From: a virus
Lineage: Duplodnaviria > Caudoviricetes
Direction: 5' to 3' (one strand)
Virus record (IMG/VR): IMGVR_UViG_3300020112_000604
Coordinates: 96,001-160,000 of that record
Length of the DNA stretch: 64,000 nt
Of the stretch, positions 16,795 through 26,549 are shown one piece after another (positions within the stretch are counted from its first letter, which is position 1; each line of letters begins with the position of its first letter). The notes under the pieces were generated by a model. The model was not told the DNA's origin, made no database searches, and saw only the letters and a list, made by a program, of their open reading frames with translations. The position numbers were made by a program, and so were the translations under genes.

Positions 16795-18027
16795 TTACTC
16801 GTCTGGGAATGCTTTGTCTAAGTCTATATCTGTATACTTAACAACACCATCGTGGAAAGCTTTCATGGCGATATTCTTAATCTTGGACTGCATTTGTGCT
16901 GTAGCAATACCAACGGCACTCATTCCAATCATATAGAAGTAGTCGCCGATACATTTATTGCAGAACTGATGAGATGGTCCAATACCTTTGCACATAGAAC
17001 AATATCTCATCTTGACGGTCTTACCCTTATATTTATCGACAGTTGTGGAATCGAGTCTTACCAGATTCTTGCCGTCTACGATATATGAGTACATCATCTG
17101 TGATAAGTACTTTCCTTTGAGTGTAACCTCGATTGTTTCTGTAGTTCCACAGTCTGAACCTTTAGGACCAAGTACCAGGTTCTGGAATGAAAGAACGTAT
17201 TTCTTTTCGTTATAACCACCGGTCATTGTCTTTCTTGCACGAGCGTATGGACCTGCAGCAAGCGAGTTGGCCATGGCAGCATATTCATCTTTGCTAACTC
17301 CATCAACGTAGTTTGACAGCATAACGTTGTACTTACCTGTGATAGGGTCTTTAACAGCTCCCTTCATAACGTATGTGTTCTTGAAGTTGTTACCCCATGA
17401 ACCTACACCGCAATCGTAGTAGTCCATAGCAGGGTCATCCTTAAAGTATTCCTTAGCATATTTAAGAAGCTCGTTTTCGAGTTCAACGCCGGCAAGTGGG
17501 TCACCTGCAGCTATTCTGTCTTTATACTTTGGAAGAAGTTCTTTCTTCTTCTTGTTTATAGGTTCGGAAGCGTTAAACATTGCTTCTGTTGTTGAAACCG
17601 CAATAGCCGATGTATAAGACATAAACTTCTGCTGCTTCTGTAAGAATTCAAGTTCTACTTCGATAGGTATCTTATCTTCGTTTACCGCGTAAGCAACCTG
17701 TTCCGATATCTTACCGATATTCTTTTTGGTAAGGTCAAAGTTTACGTAACCAACTACGTCGGTTAACTTCTCTTCGATAAATGCTTTGTTGAAAATGAAT
17801 CTGCCTACAGTTGTAAGCACATCATTCTTGTTTTTGTGTCCTTCAGGACCAAAAGTTCCTGCAGGAATTGTCATGATATCGTATGTGTTGAATCTAGGAG
17901 GCTTACCCTCGAAAGATGCAAACAAGTTCATGAAGACAGACATCTTACATGCTTCATACGGAGTGAGTTTAAGTAATTCGTCCTGTTCTTCCTGAGTGAT
18001 AACTCGAGATATTCTTTTATTATTCAT
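16795..18027 (-). CDS. rpoC: RNA polymerase beta' C-terminal fragment (virion RNAP)
   Basis: Bridge-helix-like ARARKTMTGGY, SDCGT, zinc site RYCSMCK..FCNKCIG, trigger-loop-like MKAFH; late promoter at 18047-18059. Confidence 0.85.
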   Translation of the reverse strand: MNNKRISRVITQEEQDELLKLTPYEACKMSVFMNLFASFEGKPPRFNTYDIMTIPAGTFGPEGHKNKNDVLTTVGRFIFNKAFIEEKLTDVVGYVNFDLTKKNIGKISEQVAYAVNEDKIPIEVELEFLQKQQKFMSYTSAIAVSTTEAMFNASEPINKKKKELLPKYKDRIAAGDPLAGVELENELLKYAKEYFKDDPAMDYYDCGVGSWGNNFKNTYVMKGAVKDPITGKYNVMLSNYVDGVSKDEYAAMANSLAAGPYARARKTMTGGYNEKKYVLSFQNLVLGPKGSDCGTTETIEVTLKGKYLSQMMYSYIVDGKNLVRLDSTTVDKYKGKTVKMRYCSMCKGIGPSHQFCNKCIGDYFYMIGMSAVGIATAQMQSKIKNIAMKAFHDGVVKYTDIDLDKAFPDE

Positions 18028-18181
18028 GGTGTCGACCTCCTTTGTATTATTTTATTGTTCTAATAACACATATATAACTTAACTTTAACCTTATAGAATG
18101 CATGGTGAGTTCCGTTTCGGAACCCACTTTTGTAGTCGGTTTTTGACTTATATATTATAAGAGTGAAAGGAGTGAACGCTA

Positions 18182-18661
18182 ATGGCAAAGTTAAACCTTG
18201 GTGATTCAAAAGAAAAACCGGTAGAAGAACTGCCGGAAGAATCAACACCGGAGGTTTCAACACCTCCAATTAGCAGAAAGCATGTAAAACGAACCATCGC
18301 TAAAGAATCGGCAATCATTGTCGAAGACATAACGTTGGTAATCACACAGAGAGGAGAAGAAACGCCATCGATATCTTTCCAGGTTACAATGGCACCATTT
18401 GAAGATGGTACTGTACCAGAAGTATTGATAACAACACCAATCACATTAACAGATAACGGATTCAGAAAGGGTATCATCTTAGGATGCATTTCTAACGAAA
18501 TGACAACCAAGTATCCGGATAGATACATATCTGATCCAACCGTGGTTGTTAATAATTACGCAACAGAAATTAGAAAGGAAGTAGACAAGTTCGATACGTT
18601 TAAAGATGATGTGCTGTACACATTACAGTACACATTCCAGTTAGACACCGACGTAGAGTAA
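18182..18661 (+). CDS. early hypothetical protein
   Basis: Early promoter at 18151-18158; AAAGGAG RBS. Confidence 0.7.
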   Translation: MAKLNLGDSKEKPVEELPEESTPEVSTPPISRKHVKRTIAKESAIIVEDITLVITQRGEETPSISFQVTMAPFEDGTVPEVLITTPITLTDNGFRKGIILGCISNEMTTKYPDRYISDPTVVVNNYATEIRKEVDKFDTFKDDVLYTLQYTFQLDTDVE

Positions 18662-18673
18662 TAGGAGGAAAGT

Positions 18674-20281
18674 ATGAATATTACTGAACAGGATATTGTG
18701 GATTACAGAAGTACGATCCGATTCACATATGCGAATGACCCACATTATGACACAGACGTTCATGTCGAGATACTCAATCTTGATGAAGAACGAGTTAAAG
18801 ACATGAACACAGGTAAGGGCATGCTTATTACACATAAGCAGTCTCTTAAGGCTAATGTCGAGAAGAATAGAAACTCTATCTTCTCATCTTACTTCTTCGG
18901 TAAGAATCTTGGTGACGTTGGTTCACCACTTGAATCAGAATACAAATGTCCATGCGGATATGTATCAGGACATCTGTATAACGGTTCTATCTGTCCTAAA
19001 TGCAGACAGAAAGTACGTAAACTTGAAACAAGCTTTGATAAGTATGGATGGATAGTAATCAGAAATTATTATCTGATTCATCCAAATTTATACAGAGCAC
19101 TCGAAACCTTCTTAGGTGCTAAGGTTCTTAACGATATATGCATGCCTCTTATCGATCTTGATAAGAACGGTCTCACAATCGTAAAAGAACAGATGCTTAA
19201 ACAGGTTGCCAAATCAGGTAAGAAGAAACTGACGAGAGAAACTAAAGCTTCACAGGAGAACCCATTCATCGGTATAGGTATGATTGAGTTCCACGATCGT
19301 TTCGATGAGATAATGAAGTATTACTACAGCAAAGCTTCACGTTCAAAGAAAGAATTGTACGAACACATAATGAATAACCGTGACAAGTTATTCACGTCAT
19401 CAGTTCCGGTATATTCACTTCAGTTACGTCCATATGAGATAACCGACAACAAGTTCGTTCTTGAATCTGTAAACAAGAACTACAACATGATGGCATCGCA
19501 TGCTAACTATGTTAACAAACAGGACTGTGCATTCCAGAATAACCGTAAGAGTAAATCGGTTCTTCTTTACAAGATGCAGCAGTGCTGGAATGATATCTAT
19601 TGTCTTACAGAGAAACGTCTCTCTGGTAAGAAGGGAGACATCAGAGAATGCATGTCATACCGTTCTAACTTCTCTATTCGTAATATCATTACTCCTGCAG
19701 TAGATCTCGAAATAGATGAAGTAAGATTACCATATGCTGCATGTATCGAACTTCTCAGATTACAGCTTATCGCTATTCTTCAGAAGACACACGGCTATTC
19801 TTATGCACAGGCCTATGCTGCTTGGTATAACGCAAAGCTTGTGCCTAATAAAGAAATGAAGAATCTTATGATGAGCATTATTAATGATTCACCATATGGT
19901 GGACTCCCTTGTTTGCTCAACAGAAACCCAACTATCAGCTTTGGTTCTATCTTATTCGTTAAGTGCGTTGGTATCAATGATAACTACGCATGTTCGGTAA
20001 GTAACCTCATTCTGAAATTGATCGCAGGTGACTTTGACGGCGACACAGTAACAATCTTGTATCTTATGAATCATGACATTATTATGAGAAGCATGATCAA
20101 CCTTAGCCCTATGAATGCGATGGTTATCAGTAAGAATGATGGCATGTTCAATGACGATGTAAATCTCCAGACCGAGGCTATTATATCTCTTAACAGCTTC
20201 AGACGTCTTGCTACACAGTACACCGAAGACGAGGAAGAAAACATTGCTCATCTCTTAACATTAAGACCTGAAGAAGAATAA
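18674..20281 (+). CDS. rpoC: RNA polymerase beta' N-terminal catalytic fragment (non-virion RNAP)
   Basis: Zinc ribbon CPCG..CPKC, GKKGDIR, NRNPTI, catalytic GDFDGD; in an early operon. Confidence 0.9.
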   Translation: MNITEQDIVDYRSTIRFTYANDPHYDTDVHVEILNLDEERVKDMNTGKGMLITHKQSLKANVEKNRNSIFSSYFFGKNLGDVGSPLESEYKCPCGYVSGHLYNGSICPKCRQKVRKLETSFDKYGWIVIRNYYLIHPNLYRALETFLGAKVLNDICMPLIDLDKNGLTIVKEQMLKQVAKSGKKKLTRETKASQENPFIGIGMIEFHDRFDEIMKYYYSKASRSKKELYEHIMNNRDKLFTSSVPVYSLQLRPYEITDNKFVLESVNKNYNMMASHANYVNKQDCAFQNNRKSKSVLLYKMQQCWNDIYCLTEKRLSGKKGDIRECMSYRSNFSIRNIITPAVDLEIDEVRLPYAACIELLRLQLIAILQKTHGYSYAQAYAAWYNAKLVPNKEMKNLMMSIINDSPYGGLPCLLNRNPTISFGSILFVKCVGINDNYACSVSNLILKLIAGDFDGDTVTILYLMNHDIIMRSMINLSPMNAMVISKNDGMFNDDVNLQTEAIISLNSFRRLATQYTEDEEENIAHLLTLRPEEE

Positions 20282-20291
20282 CGCAATAAAT

Positions 20292-20318
20292 GTCCGGTAG
20301 GGTAATTCCCTACCGGAC
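20292..20318. terminator. bidirectional terminator of the GTAG/CTAC family
   Basis: GTCCGGTAGGG-TAATT-CCCTACCGGAC between convergent genes. Confidence 0.8.
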
Positions 20319-20327
20319 TTTATTTTT

Positions 20328-21131
20328 TTATCGGATTGAGCAGAAGTTGTAAGATTCTTCTTTAGAGTCAGATTCGTCAAGATCTTTCGCTTTAGCCTTA
20401 GTGTCGATATGCTTAGCAACGTATTTCAATACGGTAATATCGTTGGCGTTCGCGTTAAGATATGCCGTCCACATAACTATATATGCACGTATTACCTTGG
20501 TCATCTTTGTCTGCATATCTTTAGTGACTTCATCTTCGTTAACAAAGAATGAACCACTTTCTACTTTCTTTATAAATTCCTTAGCAGACTTAATCTTCAG
20601 TTTATCATATCGTATCTCTGATGCTTTAGATGTATTATGATGAAACTCGAAGAAGTACTCGTCTATGTCTAAATCCGAATACTTAATGTTTCTTGTTACT
20701 GAAAGATCCATAGAGTTAAAAAGGTCAGCAACTGCAACTATTGCGTCAGAAGGTTCTTCAGCGTAACGGTTTTTCAATTCGTCGACATAATTGTAAATTA
20801 CTTCACTTAGACTGTGATGAGCCGCGAGTTCATCGTACGTATCATGTAGTTGATCTACTTTTTCTCTGAATCCTGGGGTACCGGCTGGTAACTTCTTAAG
20901 ACCCGTAATAGTTCCGTCTTCACCCTCTTTGGTGAGCTTAAAGGCGTGGCTCGATATCTTTTCATACAGTTCTTTGTATTTCTGGTCTTTTAACTTAGCC
21001 ACGATCGCCTGAATTCCATCAAGTATAATCTTAAGACGGTCAACCAGTTTCTTAAGCACGGCTTTGAACGCTTCTTTAATGCGTCCTTCGTTGACTACTG
21101 TATAGTCGAATGATTCTAAGCATATATCCAT
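20328..21131 (-). CDS. tagged paralog family member (putative internal head protein)
   Basis: N-terminal MDICLESFDYTVVNE, C-terminal KEESYNFCSIR. Confidence 0.7.
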   Translation of the reverse strand: MDICLESFDYTVVNEGRIKEAFKAVLKKLVDRLKIILDGIQAIVAKLKDQKYKELYEKISSHAFKLTKEGEDGTITGLKKLPAGTPGFREKVDQLHDTYDELAAHHSLSEVIYNYVDELKNRYAEEPSDAIVAVADLFNSMDLSVTRNIKYSDLDIDEYFFEFHHNTSKASEIRYDKLKIKSAKEFIKKVESGSFFVNEDEVTKDMQTKMTKVIRAYIVMWTAYLNANANDITVLKYVAKHIDTKAKAKDLDESDSKEESYNFCSIR

Positions 21132-21144
21132 ATATGTAGCTTCC

Positions 21145-22334
21145 TTATCTGATTGTACAGAAATTGAATGATTCTTCTTTGATCGAATCTTCCTTTTCTT
21201 TGTATATTTCGCACAGAGTATTTTTCCAAGCTTTTTCTAACGCATTACTTATATCATAGTAGAACAATGTACACGTATGTGCACGGCGTAATAAAATAAG
21301 CGCGTCTGTAGCTATTCCGTGAAGATATAAGTAATTGTCCTTTAAAAAATCAGCACATGCATTGTCGGTAATTTGCTCACGTATGCTTTCTACACTTTTT
21401 TTGCACTTGTTTATTGCTTCGTCAAGCTCGTCTGCCATACGTGTTACTTTGGGTGATTTTATATAATATGGTATGTCGTTATCACAATACTTCATTGTGT
21501 CTATACCTTTGCTAAATCCGTAATCGTATATGATTTTGGTCAGTTTATTATCGCGGATATCGTCGTACGAATACTCAGCCTTGTTGCTCTCATTAAATTT
21601 ATCTAAAGCATTTTCAGCATCGTTAAGTGTAGTAATTTTGCTATCCGAATAATTGCTAGCAATCTTAATTAAAGTGCTTACGTGTCCATCGATGACGGAC
21701 TGACGAGCATTGCCAGATACAATAGCACACACCGCTGAAATGATGGATATAACGTCTTTAGATACATCTTCGTAATGGTCATGAAAGTATTCCATCTTTT
21801 CGATAGGCAAACAAAGTTCAATTGTCATATTCTTAAGATAATCGTCCATATGCTTGCGTATTTCTGATTCAGATGTGCTGCGCATAATCTTTACGTACTT
21901 ACGTTTAGCTGCATCGGTGTGAGTAAACACGTTATTATCGCCGTCGCCCATATATGTAGGCATGTTAGCCAAAAGCTTTTCTTCCTCCGGAGTAGTATGT
22001 GTCTGTTTAGGCGCATCATCCCTGTTTTCGTTGTCGTTGGTTTTTGCTTCTGGTGCAGACTGCGTCTGCTTAGACTTAGTCTCTTCGGTATCATTACCGT
22101 TGGATTTAGTAACTTCAGGCTTAGATGCAGAAGTTTTATTTTCACTAGATGTATTAGTTTTGGCGTTGTTCTCTTCAGATTTTCTACGTTTGTCAAGCTT
22201 CTCGCGTATCTTAGCGAACGCGGACTTTATCTTGTCGAGCAGGCCAGAAGAGCACTTTTGATCCTAGAGACAATACTTCCAATTTTACCTTCGTTGACTA
22301 CAGTATAGTCAAACGATTCTAAACATATGTCCAT
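21145..22334 (-). pseudogene. tagged paralog family member interrupted by a 1-nt frameshift near 22245
   Basis: The ATG at 22334 gives MDICLESFDYTVVNEGKIGSIVSRIKSALL; a shifted frame continues GLLDKIKSAFAKIREKL into ORF 21145..21972, ending IKEESFNFCTIR; colinear with paralog 22348..23430. Confidence 0.75.
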
Positions 22335-22347
22335 ATTATAACCTCCA

Positions 22348-23430
22348 TTATCTGATTGTACAGAAATTGAATGATTCTTCTTTGATTGAATCTTCTTTCT
22401 CGTGATATATATCAGCTATTGCTTTTTTGTAACCTGTCGCAAAAACTGCGGAAAATGACATATAATGTGTAGTAGAAGCATAGCAACTGGATAAAATGTG
22501 TAATGCCGATGTTGCTATATCGGATAAAAGCTTGAATGATTCCGTTGAACGTTCGTCCGCAGCGTCAACTTTGGCTTCTATACTTTTTATCGATGCTTTA
22601 CATTCATCCAAACATTTCTCACATTTGCCAAGCATTGCATCATTTGTATTTAGAGAACTGCAGTACGATATATCAGGTTCTCCTGCGTTATATTTTAATT
22701 TCGTAACATCATGACAATCATGTTCATATATGGTTTTATACAACGAACTGTTTTTAATTTCGCTTGCTTTGTATGTGGTCCATTTGTCATCTTCCACGAA
22801 TTTCTTCAGAGCAGTCGCAGCGTCTTCGAAGTTATTTATACTTGAATCAAAGTCACGAGCGCCGTGTATAATAGCTCCCATCATATGTTGTTTTAACCCA
22901 GCGCCAGCGCCGCTAGATAAAGCCATCGAAACCGATTTTACGATTCCTGTTACAGAGTAGCATATCTTTTTATAATTATCATGGTAGTATTCCATTTTAT
23001 CTATTGGAGCACTTAGTTTAATGTCTACTTCGTCAATGTATTTGTTTGCTCGTTTTATTATTTCTGAATCAGGGGTACTATTCATAATCTTAACAAATTT
23101 TCGTCTTGCAGTTTCCGAAGTTAAATCTAAACCGCCGTGAGATGCGCCGAATCTAATTCTTGGCACAAGACTAAGCAGCTTCTCTTCTTCGGCGGTAAGC
23201 TGTACCTGTTTAGGATTAGATTCACTATCCGATTTACCAGAAGGTGCTGTTGAATTTTCTGGTGCAGTCTTCTTCTTAGATAATTTCTCGCGGATTTTAG
23301 CAAATGCAGCTTTAATCTTGCCGATTAAAGATAATAAGGCTTCTTTTATCTTAGTAATAATACTGCCAATCTTACTTTCGTTAACTACATCGTTGTTGGT
23401 GTAGTTGAATGATTCTAAACATATGTCCAT
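22348..23430 (-). CDS. tagged paralog family member (putative internal head protein)
   Basis: MDICLESFNY..VVNE and C-terminal IKEESFNFCTIR. Confidence 0.75.
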   Translation of the reverse strand: MDICLESFNYTNNDVVNESKIGSIITKIKEALLSLIGKIKAAFAKIREKLSKKKTAPENSTAPSGKSDSESNPKQVQLTAEEEKLLSLVPRIRFGASHGGLDLTSETARRKFVKIMNSTPDSEIIKRANKYIDEVDIKLSAPIDKMEYYHDNYKKICYSVTGIVKSVSMALSSGAGAGLKQHMMGAIIHGARDFDSSINNFEDAATALKKFVEDDKWTTYKASEIKNSSLYKTIYEHDCHDVTKLKYNAGEPDISYCSSLNTNDAMLGKCEKCLDECKASIKSIEAKVDAADERSTESFKLLSDIATSALHILSSCYASTTHYMSFSAVFATGYKKAIADIYHEKEDSIKEESFNFCTIR

Positions 23431-23454
23431 AATATATAACCTCCTTAAGTATTA

Positions 23455-24351
23455 TTAATCTGTGTCAGTGAATCGCCCACTTGACACGTAGTATTCACCG
23501 TTAGTTTTTGACTTCTTGGTAACGACTCTATAACACGCTATCATAATAACAGTAATATTCTTTGCATATTCTGCCACGCGTGAAAAAGTTTGTTCAGCAA
23601 AAAACTGAGTATTGGTGACATACGAGTTCAGCATAGACATGTTAGATGTAGGGATTTCTTTGTTCTTATGTTTAGCCTTTATCTTTTCGGCTTCAACAAT
23701 AAATTTATCGATACTTGATTTGACCGTAGCTTCAATCTTATCTACATGTGCGAATGAAAGCTCACGTTTATTATATTCATTGAGGTCAACAATCTCACTC
23801 AGTTTAGCACCATTTTTGAACTGAGATTCTGACCAATTAGCGTGGTCTTCGAATATGCGGTTGAATTCATCTCTTGGGTCGTCATTACTGAGACCCAATA
23901 CTGTACCACTTCCGAATTTGTCTTTGAACCATTCATTTAAGAATCCCATACGAGTAGTTGCTACAAATTTGTCATCTGACAATGTATAATTGTCAAAATA
24001 TTTATCCATATAGTCGTTTATCTCTAACAAATCCGTGCATAATTTTTCTATACCACCATTACGCATTATTATAGGACTATAAGCTGTGATGTACTTTATA
24101 GTGATATCATCATATTTATTAGGGTTTTTAAAGTATTTATTAACAGCAGCTTCAATATCTTTGCGCTGAATATTCTTAACCAAGCCATCAACTTTTGATT
24201 TGAGTTTAACAAACAATCCAGCAATCTTTTCACCAAGGTCTTTTAAAAACTGTATGAACTTAGCGAAAATGCCGTCTAAAACTTTTCCGGCCTTTTCACC
24301 AAGACCTTCGTTAACTACAGTGTAGTTAAACGATTCTAAACATATATCCAT
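23455..24351 (-). CDS. tagged paralog family member, N-terminal tag only
   Basis: Likely start MDICLESFNYTVVNE at 24351; late promoter at 24383-24395. Confidence 0.75.
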   Translation of the reverse strand: MDICLESFNYTVVNEGLGEKAGKVLDGIFAKFIQFLKDLGEKIAGLFVKLKSKVDGLVKNIQRKDIEAAVNKYFKNPNKYDDITIKYITAYSPIIMRNGGIEKLCTDLLEINDYMDKYFDNYTLSDDKFVATTRMGFLNEWFKDKFGSGTVLGLSNDDPRDEFNRIFEDHANWSESQFKNGAKLSEIVDLNEYNKRELSFAHVDKIEATVKSSIDKFIVEAEKIKAKHKNKEIPTSNMSMLNSYVTNTQFFAEQTFSRVAEYAKNITVIMIACYRVVTKKSKTNGEYYVSSGRFTDTD

Positions 24352-24419
24352 AATATACAACCTCCTTAAGTATTCAAATACGTTATTAAAAAGTTGAAGT
24401 GGAAAGTTACGTATTTCAG

Positions 24420-24495
24420 TTGTATATTATTATAGTGATAAGGAACAAGTGCATCACCTTATCTAATAAATTAAATCGCCTATGATGCAGGGCAT
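24420..24495 (+). promoter_or_regulatory. early promoter plus conserved structured 5' leader, copy 2
   Basis: Near-identical to the reverse complement of 4800..4874. Confidence 0.8.
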
Positions 24496-24519
24496 ATATG
24501 TACTTAGGAGGTACTAATA

Positions 24520-24789
24520 ATGAAAACAGCTATCAACAACTACATGAAGAAGAATAACATCTACGGCGCTATTGCTCACTCAGAACTGAGCACCGTAAAC
24601 AAGGTGCTCGGCTGTATTTATACAGCCGTTGGTGCCGCTACAATCGGTGCAGCCATTGGCTTCATCGAAAGTGATGTACTCACAAATGACGGTAAAAACG
24701 TCAAGGCCGTTGTACATAAGACTAAGGTTATGTGCAAGAAAATAGCACAGACTACTGTAGAATACGCTAAGGAAATGAACAGAAAGTAA
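24520..24789 (+). CDS. small early membrane protein
   Basis: AGGAGG RBS; hydrophobic segment VLGCIYTAVGAATIGAAIGFI. Confidence 0.7.
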   Translation: MKTAINNYMKKNNIYGAIAHSELSTVNKVLGCIYTAVGAATIGAAIGFIESDVLTNDGKNVKAVVHKTKVMCKKIAQTTVEYAKEMNRK

Positions 24790-24802
24790 GGAGTGTCATA
24801 CT

Positions 24803-25175
24803 ATGAAAGTAAAAATATTCACAACAAGTTCTTGGAATGCGTCAAATCTCGAAAGCGAGGCTAATCGTTGGCTCGAAAAAAAATGATGTCGACATAATCG
24901 ACATCAAAATTGCAGGAACTCAGGATAGAGCCATATTTGTATTAATGTACGAAGAGAAACCAGCAGCCTCAATGTCGGTAGAAGAAGCCATGATTGAAGC
25001 GGCACGTGCAGGAGCAATATTGACAAGGAACAATGACGTTCCGAAAGAATCACCAAAACCAAGTCCGTGCGGATTTTGTTCTCTCTGCCCGGCAGACTCA
25101 AACGTGTGTCCGATAACCGGAAAGGATATCAACAAAGTCGACACGTGTTCTGAAAAGAAAATCGACATAAAGTAA
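24803..25175 (+). pseudogene. Cse60/DUF2758-like protein with Cys-rich tail, frameshifted at an A8 run (24876-24883)
   Basis: The ATG at 24803 (AAGGAG RBS) gives MKVKIF..LESEANRWLEK; removing one A continues NDVDIIDIKI..IFVLMYEE..CGFCSLC. Confidence 0.6.
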
Positions 25176-25305
25176 ACACAAAACGCAGAAGAACCGGGAT
25201 ACCTATCTAAGGTATCCCGGGTGTCTTTTGTGATATTATTTTTTTTATTTCAGCATTGTTGTGAGCTAGTCTCACATGTCATTTCCGTAATTAGAACAAT
25301 CAGAA

Positions 25306-26271
25306 TTACGCTCGATAAAAATGGTTGTACCATCCATCGCCCCACCATGAATCCGCTCCGGTTTCCCAATATCCAGAATCCCAGAAACCAGATTCTCCGT
25401 ATGTGAAGTAATAATCGATCGCGTCGCTCATAGATGAAGCTGCGACACCGCTATAATATGTGTATCCTGGGGTATATCCGTATGGTACACATGCCGTATA
25501 TATAAAAGCCTCTATAGACCAGCCATTTCTGTTACATGCGTTAAATGTTGCAGCAACAATCTTAGCACGTTCCACAAGAGACGCGCTTCCATATTCGTTA
25601 GCTATAAGACCACATAATAAGTTGTATTCGTAATCAGACATGCTAACGTTTCCACTTATATTAACCGGTTCCGGAACCGGTTCGATATATTCTATGTATC
25701 CTTCACACTGCACACCACATTCTGTGCAGAGTCTTGCTTCTAATCCATCCGCATTATCTATTTTATATGCATCGCCACAATTCCAGTGACATGTATTCTT
25801 GTGAATATAATGTGTACTTGGTTTGTATACCAAGTATTCTTCTACGATTGGTGCCGGTGTAGTCTCTTCTACGTTTCTATCACATGGTTCTGGAAGTGGC
25901 TCAGGCTTCGGAACCGGTGTAGGTGTAGCTTCCTCTCTCACCGTAGGAATATTAGTCGTAGGAACTTCTTCCTTAGAATCAGCAACAGTGGATGCTACAG
26001 CTGTTGTTGAAGTAGTAACTGCTGAGTTGGTTGTAATGCTTGTTGTTACATAGGAAGTAGTTGTTTCTTTCATTGTTGTTGATGAAGAACTTGTAACGAG
26101 ACTACCGTCGTCAGATACTGTAGTAACAGCTGTTGTTACAGTGTTACCCTTGGCACACTCTGTTGATCCGTTCTTCTTGGTTACACCTATAACAACACAA
26201 AGTATTGTTATAAATATAATTGCTGAAATAGTTATCACCTTGACAATTTTAGAATTACTACTAGATTTCAT
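25306..26271 (-). CDS. membrane-anchored cell-wall-hydrolase-like protein (SleB-like C-terminus)
   Basis: N-terminal TM helix, S/T/P-rich linker, H-xxx-C..CxxC module, and C-terminal EYNLLCGLIANEYG resembling the SleB catalytic-Glu helix. Confidence 0.55.
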   Translation of the reverse strand: MKSSSNSKIVKVITISAIIFITILCVVIGVTKKNGSTECAKGNTVTTAVTTVSDDGSLVTSSSSTTMKETTTSYVTTSITTNSAVTTSTTAVASTVADSKEEVPTTNIPTVREEATPTPVPKPEPLPEPCDRNVEETTPAPIVEEYLVYKPSTHYIHKNTCHWNCGDAYKIDNADGLEARLCTECGVQCEGYIEYIEPVPEPVNISGNVSMSDYEYNLLCGLIANEYGSASLVERAKIVAATFNACNRNGWSIEAFIYTACVPYGYTPGYTYYSGVAASSMSDAIDYYFTYGESGFWDSGYWETGADSWWGDGWYNHFYRA

Positions 26272-26363
26272 TATAAACCTCCTTCTATCCCTAGGATCCT
26301 CCTAGCGATTATAGACTAGTTAGGTTTATAGTTAAAAAGTAAAAATATTACACGTTAAACTAT

Positions 26364-26487
26364 AACATTTAAAATAAGAGTGCTAGAATCTTCTCTAAAT
26401 CTCTGTTATTTCTCCAAATTTGTGTTCGGTTTCATGTAATTCCTTTCCTATGGTCCCAGTACGATTATATCGTACTGGGAATCTTTT
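26364..26487 (+). ncRNA. putative solo anti-RBS small RNA
   Basis: Promoter-like AACA-N7-TAA; GGTTTCATGTAATTCCTTTCCT (complement of an RBS plus ATG); terminator TCCCAGTACGA..TCGTACTGGGA. Confidence 0.4.
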
Positions 26488-26494
26488 GCGAAAA

Positions 26495-26526
26495 AGACCC
26501 CGTAGGCTATATTGGCCTACGGGTCT
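26495..26526 (-). terminator. terminator of the GTAG/CTAC family
   Basis: CCCGTAGGC-loop-GCCTACGGG with a T-run on the minus strand. Confidence 0.75.
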
Positions 26527-26549
26527 CTAATAGATGCTGTTATTTGTTT

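Noticed and set aside
23429-23436. TATATTAT at paralog gene starts (also 24350 and 39352)
   Set aside because: The motif lies between the RBS and the ATG, so it is an AT-rich spacer rather than a usable promoter.
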